NCBI RefSeq assembly: GCF_018350175.1
Contig: NC_058369.1
Location: 6,636,001 to 6,700,000, forward strand
Direction: 5' to 3'
DNA length: 64,000 nt
Source: Felis catus
Lineage: Eukaryota
A model generated the notes under the pieces. The model searched no databases, had not been told where the DNA came from, and saw only the letters and a list, made by a program, of their open reading frames with translations. This document shows positions 12,401 to 25,821 of the stretch, piece by piece. Numbering within the stretch: position 1 is the stretch's first letter; every line of letters starts with the position of its first letter. The position numbers and the translations under genes were made by a program.

Positions 12401-13452
12401 GTACTAGCAGCAGGCTGCCCAAGAAACAACTTTTCTGCAGTCCTTTCTGCAGGTTCACACAGCCTCACATAACGCTGTAGAACGACGTGCCCATATTTAG
12501 GGCTTTTAATTTTTTGTACATGTTTGCTGTCTTTATTTAAAAATGAGACCATACGTATATTCGTTTCTCTACAACTTGCCTTAGCGCCATTTTAAGAATT
12601 TTGAGGGGACAGGGAGGGTACTAGGTCATACATTCACAAGGCAGTAAAATACCCTCACTCCCAGCACGGTCTCTCAGTCCTTTGCCCAGAGATAGACGTC
12701 CTCTTCTCTTCCATTTTTATAGATATAGTGTGTATATGCATATATGCTGGGAATGGCCAGCAAACCCTGCGCCGATGGATGCAAGATTACTCCACAGTTT
12801 GCTAAGAAAGAGGAGAAGGCATGGAGGTCAACGTTCGCAGACGAAGACCAAGATCCTGTTCGCCTCACTTGTATTCTCATTTATTGCAGAGTCAGGCCAA
12901 TCACAAATCTCGGCTGGCTTGTTGTGTACAGAGGGCGTGTAACATTTCAGGCATGCTAAAAAGATGCACGACTTGAAGGTGAACAATCCCAAGAGACAAA
13001 TCAAATCAGAGATAAGCAGCAAGGGTTATGTGTCCTACTGTTTTGTTAAACTTTGTATACAATGTATAGATAACGGAATTCCGGAATTCTGCAAGGACTG
13101 CAAAAACACCTGGGAAGGCTGGCCCTGGCGGGTTACGCAGGCCCGGGACATTCCAAGAGACCCACGCCCCTCCCAAGCCTACCTGCAGTAGACCAGAAAT
13201 CCCCGTGTTACATTTTAGCTAGCAAGCATTGTGTATAATGGTCATCCTCAGTAATAACCCCAACACGTAGGTAATATGCTCAAGCCTAATAGGGATGTCC
13301 CCAAGCAACAACAGAAATGGATAAACCGTCTCATGCATCTGGATCTACTGAAAAGAGACTTAAATTTCTGGTGGAGAGGGATAAACCAGTGATGAATTGA
13401 TAGGAAAAAAAGAAGAGGAAATGAAAATTTTACCATTTAAAACGTCAAAAGA

Positions 13453-13662
13453 TTGGGATGTTTTGGTGGCTCAGGCGGTTAAGGGTCTGTCTTCAGCTCA
13501 GGTCATGATCTCACAATCTCACGGATGGTGGGTTCTAGAGTCCTGCGTTGGGCTCTGTGCTGACAGCGTAGAGCCTGGAGCCTGCTTCAGATTCTGTGTC
13601 TCCCTCTCTCTCTGCCCCTTCCCCGCTTGCACTCTGTCAAAAATGAATGAACTTAAAAAAAA
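13453..13662 (+). mobile_element. CAN-SINE
   Basis: ggtggctcaggcggttaag head, CT body, A tail. Confidence 0.85.
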
Positions 13663-14186
13663 TTTAAGGTCAAAAGAAAAAACAAGAAATGTCTTCATAT
13701 TATCCTACATGGCGTATCAATGGATAGGATTCACATGTCATAAAGTGCTAAACATTTATGTGATAAAACAACAGACATTGAATTTTGGTTTGTATTAATT
13801 CATTAAATAATTGTATCGGACAAGGGGAATTGTGTCCTAAGATATGTAAGAGAACTACATGCTATTTTTTTCAGATAAGTAATTAGAAAAAGTCAAAAGC
13901 TGAAAAATGAAACCACTGTATAAGGAGCTCATTTAGAAATACAGAGGTACAACCAGAAAACTAAAGAAGTTGTTTCTGGGAGTCAGAAAAGAATGAGGAG
14001 GGTAGCTTTTCATTACAAGGCTTTAAGTATTATTTAAGATATAGGCGTATAGCCAGACACACACACATGCACACAAGGCCAGAAGCCTAAATTTGTATTT
14101 CAAAGTGGTCATCAAACTGTAAGAAGAATTTATAAAAATGATTCACTTTGCAACAATAGAATGTATTTTGAAAACTTCAATCTTCA

Positions 14187-14407
14187 GGGTGCCTGGGAGG
14201 CTCAGTCGGTTAAGCATCCGACTTCGGCTCAGGTCATGATCTCACGGTCCGTGAGTTCAAGCCCCGCATCAGGCTCTGTGCTGACAGCTCAGAGCCTGGA
14301 GCCTGTTTCAGTGTCTGTGTCTCCCTCTCTATCTGACCCTCCCCCATTCATGCTGTCTCTCCCTGTCTCAAAAATAAATAAACGTTAAAAAAAACTAAAA
14401 AAAAAAG
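14187..14407 (+). mobile_element. CAN-SINE with TSD
   Basis: Full SINE flanked by gaaaacttcaatcttca on both sides. Confidence 0.9.
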
Positions 14408-14743
14408 AAAACTTCAATCTTCAAGCATTAAAAAAAAGCTATAATCATCCTTGTGGAAAAATGAAGAGAGCATTACTTTCCAATGTACCTGATAAGCATT
14501 TTAGGTACATCACTCCTGAGTATTTTCACAGCAAATCTGTAAGGAAGATGCTATTATCTCTCTCACCATTTAGCAAATGAGGAAATTGATGGTAGCAAAT
14601 TGCTAAAATTTTCATATTTCTTAGAAGTTCTCAATAGATATCGTCTTATTTTAAAATTATTTATTGAATTCTCTTTTCACTAATAAAATAATATGTGCCA
14701 TTCTAACAAATAAACAATGAGCATGTAAAAAATGATTTAATAA

Positions 14744-14973
14744 GGGGTGCCTGGGTGACTCAGTCGGTCGAGCATCCGACTTCGGCTCAGGTCATGATCT
14801 CGCGGCTCGTGAGTTCGAGCCCCGCGTTGGGCTCTGTGCTGACAGCTCGGAGCCCGGAGCCTGCTTCAGATTCTGTGTCCCCCTCTCTCTCTGCCCCTCC
14901 CCCGTTCATGCTCTGTCTCTCTCTCAAAATAAATAAACGTTGTCTCAAAAATAAATAAACGTTGAAAAAAAAA
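14744..14973 (+). mobile_element. CAN-SINE with duplicated 3' end
   Basis: Full SINE; tctcaaaa(a)taaataaacgttg occurs twice in tandem. Confidence 0.9.
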
Positions 14974-17783
14974 TTTAGATGGTGGAGATGTTCTCAAATT
15001 CACAAGGAAGCAAAATATTTCAAAGAGAAGAACTTTTCTGGGGGTGGGGGGAATGAACCACAAAGGAGGATATGGAAAAATAATACACCAAAAGATTCTC
15101 TAAAGTTTGTTGTGGGAGGAAAAACCCCATCAAATTGAAGAGGGATATGGAGGTTCCAGAAACAATCCCTTGTATATATGGAAGTTTAGTATTTGATAAA
15201 GTTAGCATTCAAGTAAGTTGTAAAATGATTACTTAAAATTGTTTAAGGAGAATATATTTATGTCTTTTAAAATGTAGCTAATGTCTGAATTCAGAAAAAA
15301 GTTTTGAAGCTAAAATTTAAATTTAAAAACTTTTCTAAATAGTTTATGGGTAAAGCGTGCATAACTTAGATATTTTACCCAAATATGAATGTTTATACTG
15401 TCAGTTGATGAAACAAAACATGGAAAGTATATGAAGGGTGGGCTGAAAAGTTCTTAGGAAATGAGATTTCCAGGCTAGAGGAGTGACTGAAGCAATAGAA
15501 GATATGCTTGCCATGTACTCAAAGATGGATAACATGGCTAAATTTAGTAGGAAAATCCTTGATAGCCATTAATCCAAGACAGAGCACTTATCTGTGAGTC
15601 TTGATGGCCAAGGGTAATTGTAGACAGGGACTCTTAAAAGGAGAGGAGAAAATCTCTTGATAGAAGTAAAACAGTTTGTTTTCTAAGATCTGAATGAGTA
15701 AACATATAATGTATCTGAGTGGTTTATTGTTCAAAAGCCTAAAAATGTGATAGAGATTTAGGAGATAAAACCTGAATGCCTGTTTCCACTGGGACCTATT
15801 TTAATCCTGAAAGCTTTTACTGGAAGGAGGTTTCAGTGTCCTGCGTGAACACCACCACAGGAGGAAATGGGGCCCACCAGTTCTGCTCCCAAGACCCAAC
15901 ACAGAGAAGCATCTGCATAGACCTTCCAGCCAGGGAGGGAACAAGATGGCACCTTGAGAGTTGGGATGAACATGTGGGTAGAGGTGCTTGGTACGGAGAA
16001 CTCACCTTTTTCCATCCTGCCAGCCATGACCTGGGGTATGAACCTGATGGATTGCCAGGTTTCCTATACCTAACAGCCTGCTCCTGCCCAGGAAGGCACC
16101 CCCTCCCCTCATTTCCTGCCTTACCCAGAGCCTGGGGCCTGCTTCCAATTCTGTGTCTCCCTCTCTCTCTGCTCCTCCCCTGCTCACGCTCTGTCTCTCT
16201 CTCAAAAATAAATAAACTTAAAAAAAAACAACAACGATGGGGTTCGTGCTGGTAACTACTTCCTGTTGACATCACCAGGGATATATAAGATAATATTTGC
16301 AACGCCTGTGGGCGTGTGGCCCATGTGTCTGATATATAACCTCAGAGATGAGAATTACAAGAAGGGGACATGGCACAGACTACCTCTCAGTACAGGCCTG
16401 GGTTCCAGCTCTACCATTTAATACATCTTCAACCTTGGGCAAGTGGCTTACCTTATCTGTGTCTCAGTTTCTCCATCTGTCACTGGCATAATAACACGTG
16501 TACCTGCTTTGTAAGGTCATAGAGACCATTAAAGGAGTTAATGTTTGAAAAATGCTTGGAACACCTACCATATCTCAAGTGCTATATCTGTGTATTATAC
16601 ATAACATTTATAAATTCTTCTGGCACTGACTGTAAGCTCGAGAGGGCAGGAACAAGTGCCTTGATGTATGTAGAAAGTACTAAATAACAAACGACGGGTA
16701 AATGAACAAGCAACATTTATGAATGCATTACCTATGTCACACACAGCATCCTACTGATATTCCCAAGCAAAATCACACCCTAAGATACCTGTTCTGTCCT
16801 GTGTCCTCTTCTCTGATTCTACCCAGGAATTACTGGGGCTTCTTGGACCCTGCTAACTGTGCACACTATAAGTTTTCTTCTCTGTGTCAACAAACGCAAT
16901 CAGCATCAGCCTAATGAGCCCAAGTCAATCCAATCTCGTCTGTTCCCTGACTCACAAACCCAGTAGTGATTTGACATTAATGATATTCGCATTCTAGCCT
17001 CTTATTTTCAAGTATTGGCTAGAGTATTATTTACATTTACTGTGTGTTTTTAAAAATGACCCTCCCTGAAAAATATTTCCAAACCTATTGAATTTACAAG
17101 AGAAGCCAAGGATGGACAAGTCACAAAAAGGCTTGACGCTTAGTCTCTGGTTTGGCTCTTCCTAATTGGTAAATTATGTGAACTTCCAACGTCTCTCTTG
17201 AGATCAAGTCCAGTTTGGACTGTGTGGGAGGGAAACCTCATGGCATTTGAGAAATAGTGGTGGTATTCTGGGGCCGATGTCTGCTTCGGAGTGTGTGTGT
17301 GTGTGTGTGTGTGTTCTATATCTTGCTGTGGGGTCAAGGTAGACCCCTCTCCTTGGGAAAATTTTTCCCAGACATTTTGCTCTGGGCTTTATTTTTACAC
17401 ATGGCTTAATAAGTGCTGTCAGTAGGACCGCTAAGCACTCTTTACTACGGACTTGAAATTTTTATTTAGCAGTCACCTTTAAAAAGCTAAAAATAAGCAC
17501 GTGAAACTAATCTTAATAGCATATTTTAAAACATTATCGCCAAGATATTTTCATCTGTGCATGCAACCAGTGTAGAAATTAATAGAGATAGTTGTATTTT
17601 TGTGTGCTCTAAGAAATCCAGTTTGCACTTTCCACTCACAACACAACCTCGGTTTGTAAATTGAGTTTTATCGGATGTACCTGCTCTACATCTCGGATGT
17701 ACATTGTAAATGACTCACAGCTGTGAAATAGGAGTCCCGTATGTAAGTTGCTGCAAACATACTTAAAAGTTTTCCACTTAAAG

Positions 17784-17871
17784 ATCATGTCATATGAACA
17801 TTGAAAAGTTCCTACTGGGCCTAGTAACAAAGGAGTCGTTGTGACCTTACCAAGGCAAAACCCACAGAATG
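17784..17871 (+). other. MBD3L1: Candidate upstream MBD3L1 exon ending in ATG
   Basis: ttttccacttaaAG acceptor, ATG/GTGAGG donor; splices in frame to the 19013 acceptor. Confidence 0.5.
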
Positions 17872-19012
17872 GTGAGGGCACACACAAGGGTGGGGGTAGT
17901 CTGAGAAGGTTCTTGAAGATGAGGCTCCAGAGGCACATGATGTAGAGGGCCTTTTCTCAGCAGCTCACAACAAAGGGGAAGGAATAGAAAGAGCCTTATC
18001 GAAATATCAGGCAAGTTAGGGGATCTTGAATAGGTATGAAGCAGAAAGAAAAGTAGGGAATGTTTGAAACAAGCCTTGTGAAAAAACAGGGAATAAAAAT
18101 GCCAACACATGAAAATAAAGTAAAATTTCCAGACATTATGGATGCTTCGCAGGGGAGGCAGGTGATTTTGGATTTATAGTGGTACCAAAATATGTGTGCT
18201 CTTCTCAGTAGTTATCATAAGACCAGCAGTATCTAGCGTAGCAGATGAACAGGGTCTTTCAGATTTGAAGTTTTATAAGGCAGATACGACAAGTGTTAAA
18301 GAATTCTGGATTATTCCAAGGGAATTATTGAGATCATAGACCATGGAATCCAGGAGTGATAGGGATAGGGGAGAAAGTAAGGTGAAGATACGGTGATCTG
18401 GCATCACTTCCGATCTTGAGGGACAGGTAACTATTGTATGAGTGTTTGAGTGAAAACTGAAAATGAGGAATTTATGGTGGGTGAATATGTTTTCTGAATT
18501 ATTTATTTTTGGTCATGACCATTTCAGTTGACGTAAATGTCTGGGATTTAGGAGCGAGTTGCTAAGAATGGGGCAGATGATAATTTCATTATTGGTTTAA
18601 GCTCTGCAGGAGCTATGAAAACAAAGAGGTCCATGGGTGACCAAATGAATAGTCACATAACACAGAAGGATGGTGGGGCTGGAGACTTAGAGAAAGACTA
18701 AGTAACCGTGTGTCCAGAGAGGGAGGACCAGGAATTGTGTGGTTGAGAGTGACAAGCACAAGTGAGAATAAATTGTAACAGAGAGCATCTTACAAAACCA
18801 TGGAGGAGAAACGATCTGGAGTAGATCCTGAGTTTTAACCTTGAACTTTCTGGTTCTGACACAAATCTATTTGATGATGTCCCAGGACGCAAGTCAGACC
18901 TATCCCCAAAGGTAGAGAAGGAAGGTGGATGTACAAGATACCAAATAGAATGCTCCTAAGAAGGCAGTCCTCATTTATCATTTTAATCCAATATCATGAC
19001 TTATTTTTATAG

Positions 19013-19621
<609 letters not shown>

Positions 19622-19742
19622 AAGGAGAGCCCTGTGCAGATGGAATGCAGCACAGCACTTTATTAATGTCTCTTTGCAGTGTCCATTGTGTCTTCGTGGT
19701 CTGAGCCCCTGAAACTTAAGTATGTACCAATACTTTCCTTGT

Positions 19743-19748
19743 ATTAAA
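19743..19748 (+). terminator. MBD3L1: Probable MBD3L1 poly(A) signal (ATTAAA)
   Basis: ATTAAA ~120 nt after the stop, followed by GU/U-rich sequence. Confidence 0.5.
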
Positions 19749-20420
19749 TTGTATTGTGTGACACAATGGAGACAGTGATTTTTTTTAAGCTGCGAGATTG
19801 GGTTTCTGGTGAGGGGAGAAAGGAGATCTTTCCTTTCTGTATTGTACTCTTGTCTTCCTTTACTTTCTTTACTGTGTCATTTATTTGTATTTTCAAGTCA
19901 ACCGAGTTATCAAAGTCACGGGATTATTTAGTGTTCTGGGCTCACAGAGTAAAACCTGCCTAGTTACTTTTGTGTAATATTCCAACAGATTCCAACATAA
20001 TATTTCATTAAAGCTGTTATATCTATGCTCTCAAAGAAGATATGTTTGTAGGTCTCTATTTTTCTGTTCTTTGTTGCATGTGAACTCAGAAGTCAACAGA
20101 AAGAAGAAATAAGAGACTTCCCATTTTTTAAATACCTGTACGTGTTGAAAATTTGATCCATGAAAATTGTGCCATTTTGGGGATCATGATGTCAAGAAGG
20201 ACTGTTCTCAGCATCTTTACTCTATCAGTGAGCCACTGCTTGTTGGGATTTAATTGTCTGTTTGCCCAACTAACCTGTGGCAATATTCAAATCCCTTCCA
20301 TCATTACTTCTTTTGTCTCATGGATTCATCAATTTCTGAGAATGAATTGATAGAAAATAACAGAATATTTGTATTATTTCTATCTTCCCTAAAAAGGAGT
20401 TATTTTAAGATTAAATCTTG

Positions 20421-20643
20421 AGGGACCTGGGGGGAGCTCAGTCAGTTGAGCATCTGACTTCGGCCCAGGTCATGATCTTGCTGCTTGTGAGTTCGAGACC
20501 TGTGTCGGGCTCTGTGCCGACAGCTTAGAGCCTGGAGCCTGCTTCAGATTCTATGTCTCCCTCACTCTCTGCCCCTCCCCCACTCATGCTGTGTCTCTCT
20601 CTCTCTCTCTCTCAAAAATAAACATTAAAAAATTAAAAAAAAA
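20421..20643 (+). mobile_element. CAN-SINE
   Basis: SINE head, (CT)n body, A tail. Confidence 0.88.
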
Positions 20644-21930
20644 ACTAACTGATTTAGATACACTGATTTTCTCTCCTTTCCTCATGACTCTTGTTACATT
20701 TTTCTGGGGTCACATTTCTGCTTCCTGATGAACATTCTCTACTGGTTCTATCACTGAAGGCCTGTGGCAGGTCAACGTTGAGTCTGTCTGTATTTCAGAA
20801 AGTGCTTTTATCTTTTTCTTTGAAAGATAGTGTGGTGAAGTGTTTAATTTAGGTTCTTAGTAATTTTTTCCTTCCTCGCTGCTTAGTCTTTCCAAGCGTC
20901 TATATCATTAGCTATAAAATGGGAGTGCAGCTGTCAAGGATGGTGAGTTTAAGTGAGATCGTGCGCGCAGAGCTTGCCAGTCATGTTGCTTAGTAGATAT
21001 TAAGTAGTCAGTAATGATACTCTTGTTATTATTATTATAATCTCCAGAGAAGACGTTCTCAGAGACTGCTTGGGACTGAGGATGTGAACCTCACACCAAG
21101 TAAGTACGAATGGTGGTATCACTGTTACTTCTCAGCCCTTGTGTCTTCAGCCGTGATCGTCTGCAAACTGAGTAGAGATTGGGCCATCTGTTCCCATGAA
21201 CCCAAGGCAGGACAGCATAGCTCCCTGACCCTGGGTCACTCTAGGCTGCTTCCTGGGGAGCCCCTGCTCTCTCTTGTTGGATGAAGAAAGACTGTCTGGC
21301 TTTGTCTTTAGATTTTTTTCCCCAATGAGCTTTATTTGTCTTTAGATCCAAAGCAGACCCTGTATCTCTCTCCAGTCTTGGTATTACTCTGGGGACTGAG
21401 GCTTTCTGGATACCTAGTGATCCCAGCTCTAAGTCCCAAAGTTGATCATGGAGTCATTTATGACTCGCTCGTTTCCTTCTTGGACCATTTCCCATCGTGG
21501 AGGACCCATGATGGGAGAGGAGCCCCTGAGGTAGACTGGTCTGGAAGTCCTGGTGCACCTGAGCTTCAGGGAATGAGGCGGTGTAAGGGGAACTTTGGGG
21601 GTGGGGCAAGATGGAGGAACAGAGATGGCAGGGATGGCTGGCACAGAGGCAAGGGGAGGTGTGCTCCCAGGTTTCTAGGAAGAGAAACCTCACACTGAGG
21701 TGGGATGTTGATTTTATACAATGACAATGTCTGTGAATCTTTTTTTTTTTTTTTTTTTTTTTTTGCCAGTTCTAGTGCCCTTGAGGGACGAAATGGCATA
21801 AAACCAAAAGACAGGGTTGCAATTGCCCTTTGAGGACTTAGTGAAAGGGGAAACCTTTCATCTTGGTCCCCTGGGAACTAGTTAGGGGCCAAGTCAAGAA
21901 GGGCTCAGAGGCTGTGTCCGACCAATGTGG

Positions 21931-21936
21931 TTTATT
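21931..21936 (-). terminator. MUC16: MUC16 poly(A) signal AATAAA
   Basis: aataaaccacattggtcggacac on the minus strand ~40 nt after the stop, resembling the human MUC16 mRNA end. Confidence 0.8.
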
Positions 21937-21975
21937 TCTATTCCAGCCAAGCTCCCTTGGAGCCGCAGGCAGAGC

Positions 21976-22071
21976 TCACTGCAACTTCAGGTCTAGGTGT
22001 GGCAGGTAATAGCCCAGGCTGTGTTGCTGAACCTCGTAGTCTCCCTCCTTCTTCCGCAGGCGGATGGTGAC
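21976..22071 (-). CDS. MUC16: MUC16 last exon, cytoplasmic tail
   Basis: VTIRLRKKEGDYEVQQHSLGYYLPHLDLKLQ-stop; cccttgcAG acceptor. Confidence 0.93.
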   Translation of the reverse strand, partial: VTIRLRKKEGDYEVQQHSLGYYLPHLDLKLQ

Positions 22072-22221
22072 CTGCAAGGGCAAGGAGAGGGCATGAGAAT
22101 GGTCTGATCCACTACATGGGACTCCGGGGACGGAGATGGCCAAAGCCACAGAGGCTTGCCTCCTATATCTCTCTCAACATAATTTTCTCTTACTCCTTCT
22201 TTTCCTTTCCCTTGTCCCTCT

Positions 22222-22675
22222 TTTTTTAAAAAAAATTTTAAGTTCATTTATTTATTTTTGAGAGAGAGACAGAGAGAATGAGTGGGAGGAGCAGAGAGAG
22301 GGAGAGAGAGAATCCCAAGTAGGCTCTCACTGTCAGTACAGAGCCCGATGTGGGGTTGGAACCCATGAAGCACAAGATCAAGACCAGAGCCGAAATCAAG
22401 AGTTGGACACTTAACCGACTGAGCCACCCAGGTGCCACTGCTTTGTCTCTCTTTTTTTAAATGTTTTTTTTTAACGTTTATTTATTTTTGAGACAGAGAG
22501 AGACAGAGCATGAACGGGGGAGGGTTAGAGAGAGAGGGAGACACAGAATCCAAAATAGGCTCCAGGCTCTGAGCGGTCAGCACAGAGCCTGACACGGGGC
22601 TCGAACTCACGGACCGCAAGATCATGACCTGAGCTGAAGTCGGACGCTTAACTGACTGAGCCACCCAGGTGCCCC
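22222..22675 (-). mobile_element. Two tandem CAN-SINEs
   Basis: Reverse SINE heads at ~22437 and ~22675; repeated flank tttgtctctctttt. Confidence 0.88.
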
Positions 22676-22837
22676 GTTTTGTCTCTCTTTTATCTCTTTC
22701 TCATCTTCTCTCTTCCCTTTAACTTTGTTTTTCTACCATTTTCTCTGATATCCCATTCATACCCTCTCCCTCCCTCTCTCCATCTCACTCATTCACCCCC
22801 TCTCCCTTCCTCTCCTTCCACACACACCCCCTCTAGC

Positions 22838-24090
22838 TTAATTGAGGTATAACTGATGTACAATGAACCGCATACATGTAGAGCAAATGATTTGATAAGT
22901 TTTGATTATAATTTGAACCATCACCACAATCAAGACAAGGAGTGCTCCTCATCCCCAAAAGTGTCTTCGAGCCCCTCTGTAATCACTCCTTCCTTGCCAT
23001 TTGCAAGCACATTCTCATTCCCAGGCAACCCCTGATCTGATTGATATCCCTATAGATTAGCTTACATTCAACAATTTGCTTATAAACAGGATCATAAACT
23101 ATGTATTCATTGTTATCTGGCTTCTTTCCCTCCACATTATTATTTTAAGATTTATGCATGTCAGTGCATGTACTTATAATTCATTCCTTTTTATTGCTGA
23201 GTAATATTCCATCAGGTGATAGATCATGGTTTGTTTGTCTATTCACCTGTTGATGGACTTCTGGGTTGTTTTCAGTTTTTGGCTAGTAAAATAAAAGTTA
23301 CTATGAACATTTGTGCACATGACTTGGTATAGATTTTATTTTATTTTATTTTATTTTATTTCATTTTATTTTATTATTTTCTGCACAGTAAAGGAAATAA
23401 TCAACAAAACTAAAAGGCAACCAATGGAATAGAAGAAGATATTTGCAAATGACATATTGGATAAAGGGTTAGTAACCAAAATCTATAAAGAACTTACCAA
23501 CACAACACCCCAAAAAACAAATAACCCAGTGAAGAAATGGGCAAAAGACATGAACAGACACTTTTTGAAAGAAGAAATCCAGATGGCTAACAGACACATG
23601 AAAAGATGCTGAACGTTACTCATCATCAGGGAAATACAAATCAAAACCACAATGAGATACCATCTCACACCTGTCAGAGTGGCCAAAATTAACAATTCAG
23701 GAAACAACAGATGTTGGGAAGGATGTGGAGAAAGGGGAACACTTTTGTATGACTGGTGGGAATGCAAACTGGTGCAGCCACTCTGGAAAACAGTATGGAG
23801 GTTACTAAAAAAAAAAAAATAGAACTACCCTATAACCCAGCAATTGTACTACTAGGTATTTATCCAAAGGATATTTTATTATTTCTCTTGCATGAATTCC
23901 TAGGAGTGGAAAGGCTGGGTAGGTGTACGTGACCTTTAAAGATGCATCCAAGCTATTTCTCACTATTTGAGAGTTCTGGTTGTTCCTCATCTTCACCAAC
24001 AATTATTATAGTCAGTCTTTTTAATTTTAGCCACCCTTGTGTGTCACAATACCTCATTATGATTTTCATTTACATTTCCCTAATGACTAA
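22838..24090 (-). mobile_element. Old L1M 3' fragment hosting a younger carnivore L1 piece (23380-23872, + strand)
   Basis: Reverse L1M 3' end (aattgaggtataactgatgtac, ttttattgctgagtaatattcc); inner segment encodes ORF2 motifs ([20 protein letters not shown]) with stops. Confidence 0.75.
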
Positions 24091-24091
24091 T

Positions 24092-24572
24092 GTTTTTTTT
24101 TTTTTTTTTAATTTTTTTCAACGTTTTTTATTTATTTTTGGGACAGAGAGAGACAGAGCATGAACGGGGGAGGGGCAGAGAGAGAGAGAGAGACACAGAA
24201 TCGGAAACAGGCTCCAGGCTCCGAGCCATCAGCCCAGAGCCCGACGCGGGGCTCGAACTCACGGACCACGAGATCGTGACCTGGCTGAAGTCGGACGCTT
24301 AACCGACTGCGCCACCCAGGCGCCCCGCTAATGTTGTTTTAAAGAAGGAAAAATTTGGGGCGCCTGGGTGGCTCATTTGGTTAAGTGTCCAACTTTGGTT
24401 CAGGTCAGGTCCTGTGGTTCATGACTTTGAGCCCCACATCAGGCCCTGTGCTGGCAGCTCAGACTCTGGAGCCTGCTTCAGATTCTGTGTCTCCCTCTCT
24501 CTGCTCCTCCTCCACTTGTGCTCTAACTCTCTCAAGAATAAATTAAAAAAAATTAAAAAAAAAAAAAAAAGG
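24092..24572. mobile_element. Head-to-head CAN-SINE pair (24092-24326 minus, 24357-24572 plus)
   Basis: caggcgcccc and ggggcgcctggg heads ~30 bp apart. Confidence 0.9.
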
Positions 24573-24704
24573 AAAAAGCAAGCCACACACAGACTGGGAG
24601 AAAAAAAAATCACAAAATATTCCCAGCACATGACATGTATTTATAAAATATAAAGAATTCTTACAACCCAATGATAAAAAGACAAGGAACCCTTCCTTCC
24701 TTAC

Positions 24705-24784
24705 CAGGAAACAGCAGATCAGGCATGTGATGAGTACCAGGAGTCCCGCCAAGCAAATGAGGATGATGGCCCAGAAGGGGAGGT
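24705..24784 (-). CDS. MUC16: MUC16 transmembrane exon (80 nt)
   Basis: (D)LPFWAIILICLAGLLVLITCLICCFL; AG/GTAAG. Confidence 0.95.
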
Positions 24785-24986
24785 CTGGGGAGACAAGGGC
24801 TGGTGTTAGCCTCCTCCTGTCATTTTCCAGGGCTCCTGCTGTCCCTGCATTGTGCCTAACAGTCCCTGACCCGCCTTGGCCACCTTTCATCATCATCTAT
24901 GACTCTGGGTACATGGGTCTCTTTGATCAGGTACAGCATCAAGACATTCCTGCCCCAATCTGGGTTGGAGCTTCTTTGAGGCTTAC

Positions 24987-25028
24987 CTGAATTCTCAGTC
25001 AAGACATCATTTCTGTTGGGAGAATACC
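24987..25028 (-). CDS. MUC16: MUC16 juxtamembrane exon (42 nt)
   Basis: (G)YSPNRNDVLTENS; AG/GTAAG. Confidence 0.93.
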
Positions 25029-25821
25029 CTGGAAGTGAATGAAATGGAGAATGCACGTGAGTTTGTTTTATGCTTTTTAAATAAAACTTTTCAAATGCAC
25101 AGAAACATAGAATATCATAAACATACATCACCTAGGTTTAACAATGTATATTTCACCCGATTAAAACATTATTTCATCCAATGTATAAATTATCAGCACT
25201 CACCACCCTTGCTTCATATTTTCACTGAAATGTTGAAGTAGGAATTATGATGTTGACCCATTTTTCTCTAAAAAGGCTACCTAATCCAAGGCTATTATCG
25301 CACTACAGGGGTGTAATTAATTAAATCAAATTCATACCAGTGGACAAGAAGGACCGAAATTGGGCTGAGCCATCTTATGATAGTTTGGGGGAGAATGGGT
25401 CATCCTAGTTGGTAAGCCCAAGTGATCTCTGTAAATTTGTAAATTCCCAATTGTCTCTCCTCTGCCTACAAACACATTCACCCCCTTCTCCTTTACCAAG
25501 TTGCTTTATACCCACTTTCCAGGATTCACCTGCAGTGTAATTTCCTCCAGGAAGGCTTCTCTGATTACCACTCCCAAGTATGAATTATTTCACATTAAAT
25601 AATTTATAATTTTCAATTGCCTATTCTTGTTATTGCCAACTGCAACATAAACCCCATGAGGGTAGGGACACATACTACCTACTGGGCATGGGGGCAGGTT
25701 TCAGGCCCCCCTAGTATACACCCTCTCCCTAGCCAATTTCTTATAGATGTGCTGTCCAATATGGAGCAGCTACAAGTGGCTTAAAAATAATTTTAATTTT
25801 TCTTTTTTTTTTCTTTTTTCC

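Noticed and set aside
11455..12480. Long ORFs over the CpG island (up to 194 aa)
   Set aside because: Stop-poor GC-rich promoter sequence partly from MER20; no recognisable domain
13040..13320. Possible LTR fragment or MBD3L1 first exon
   Set aside because: No termini, TSD or convincing splice donor identifiable by eye
17660..17715. Faint resemblance to U2 snRNA
   Set aside because: Too few matches; context looks like a hAT DNA-transposon remnant
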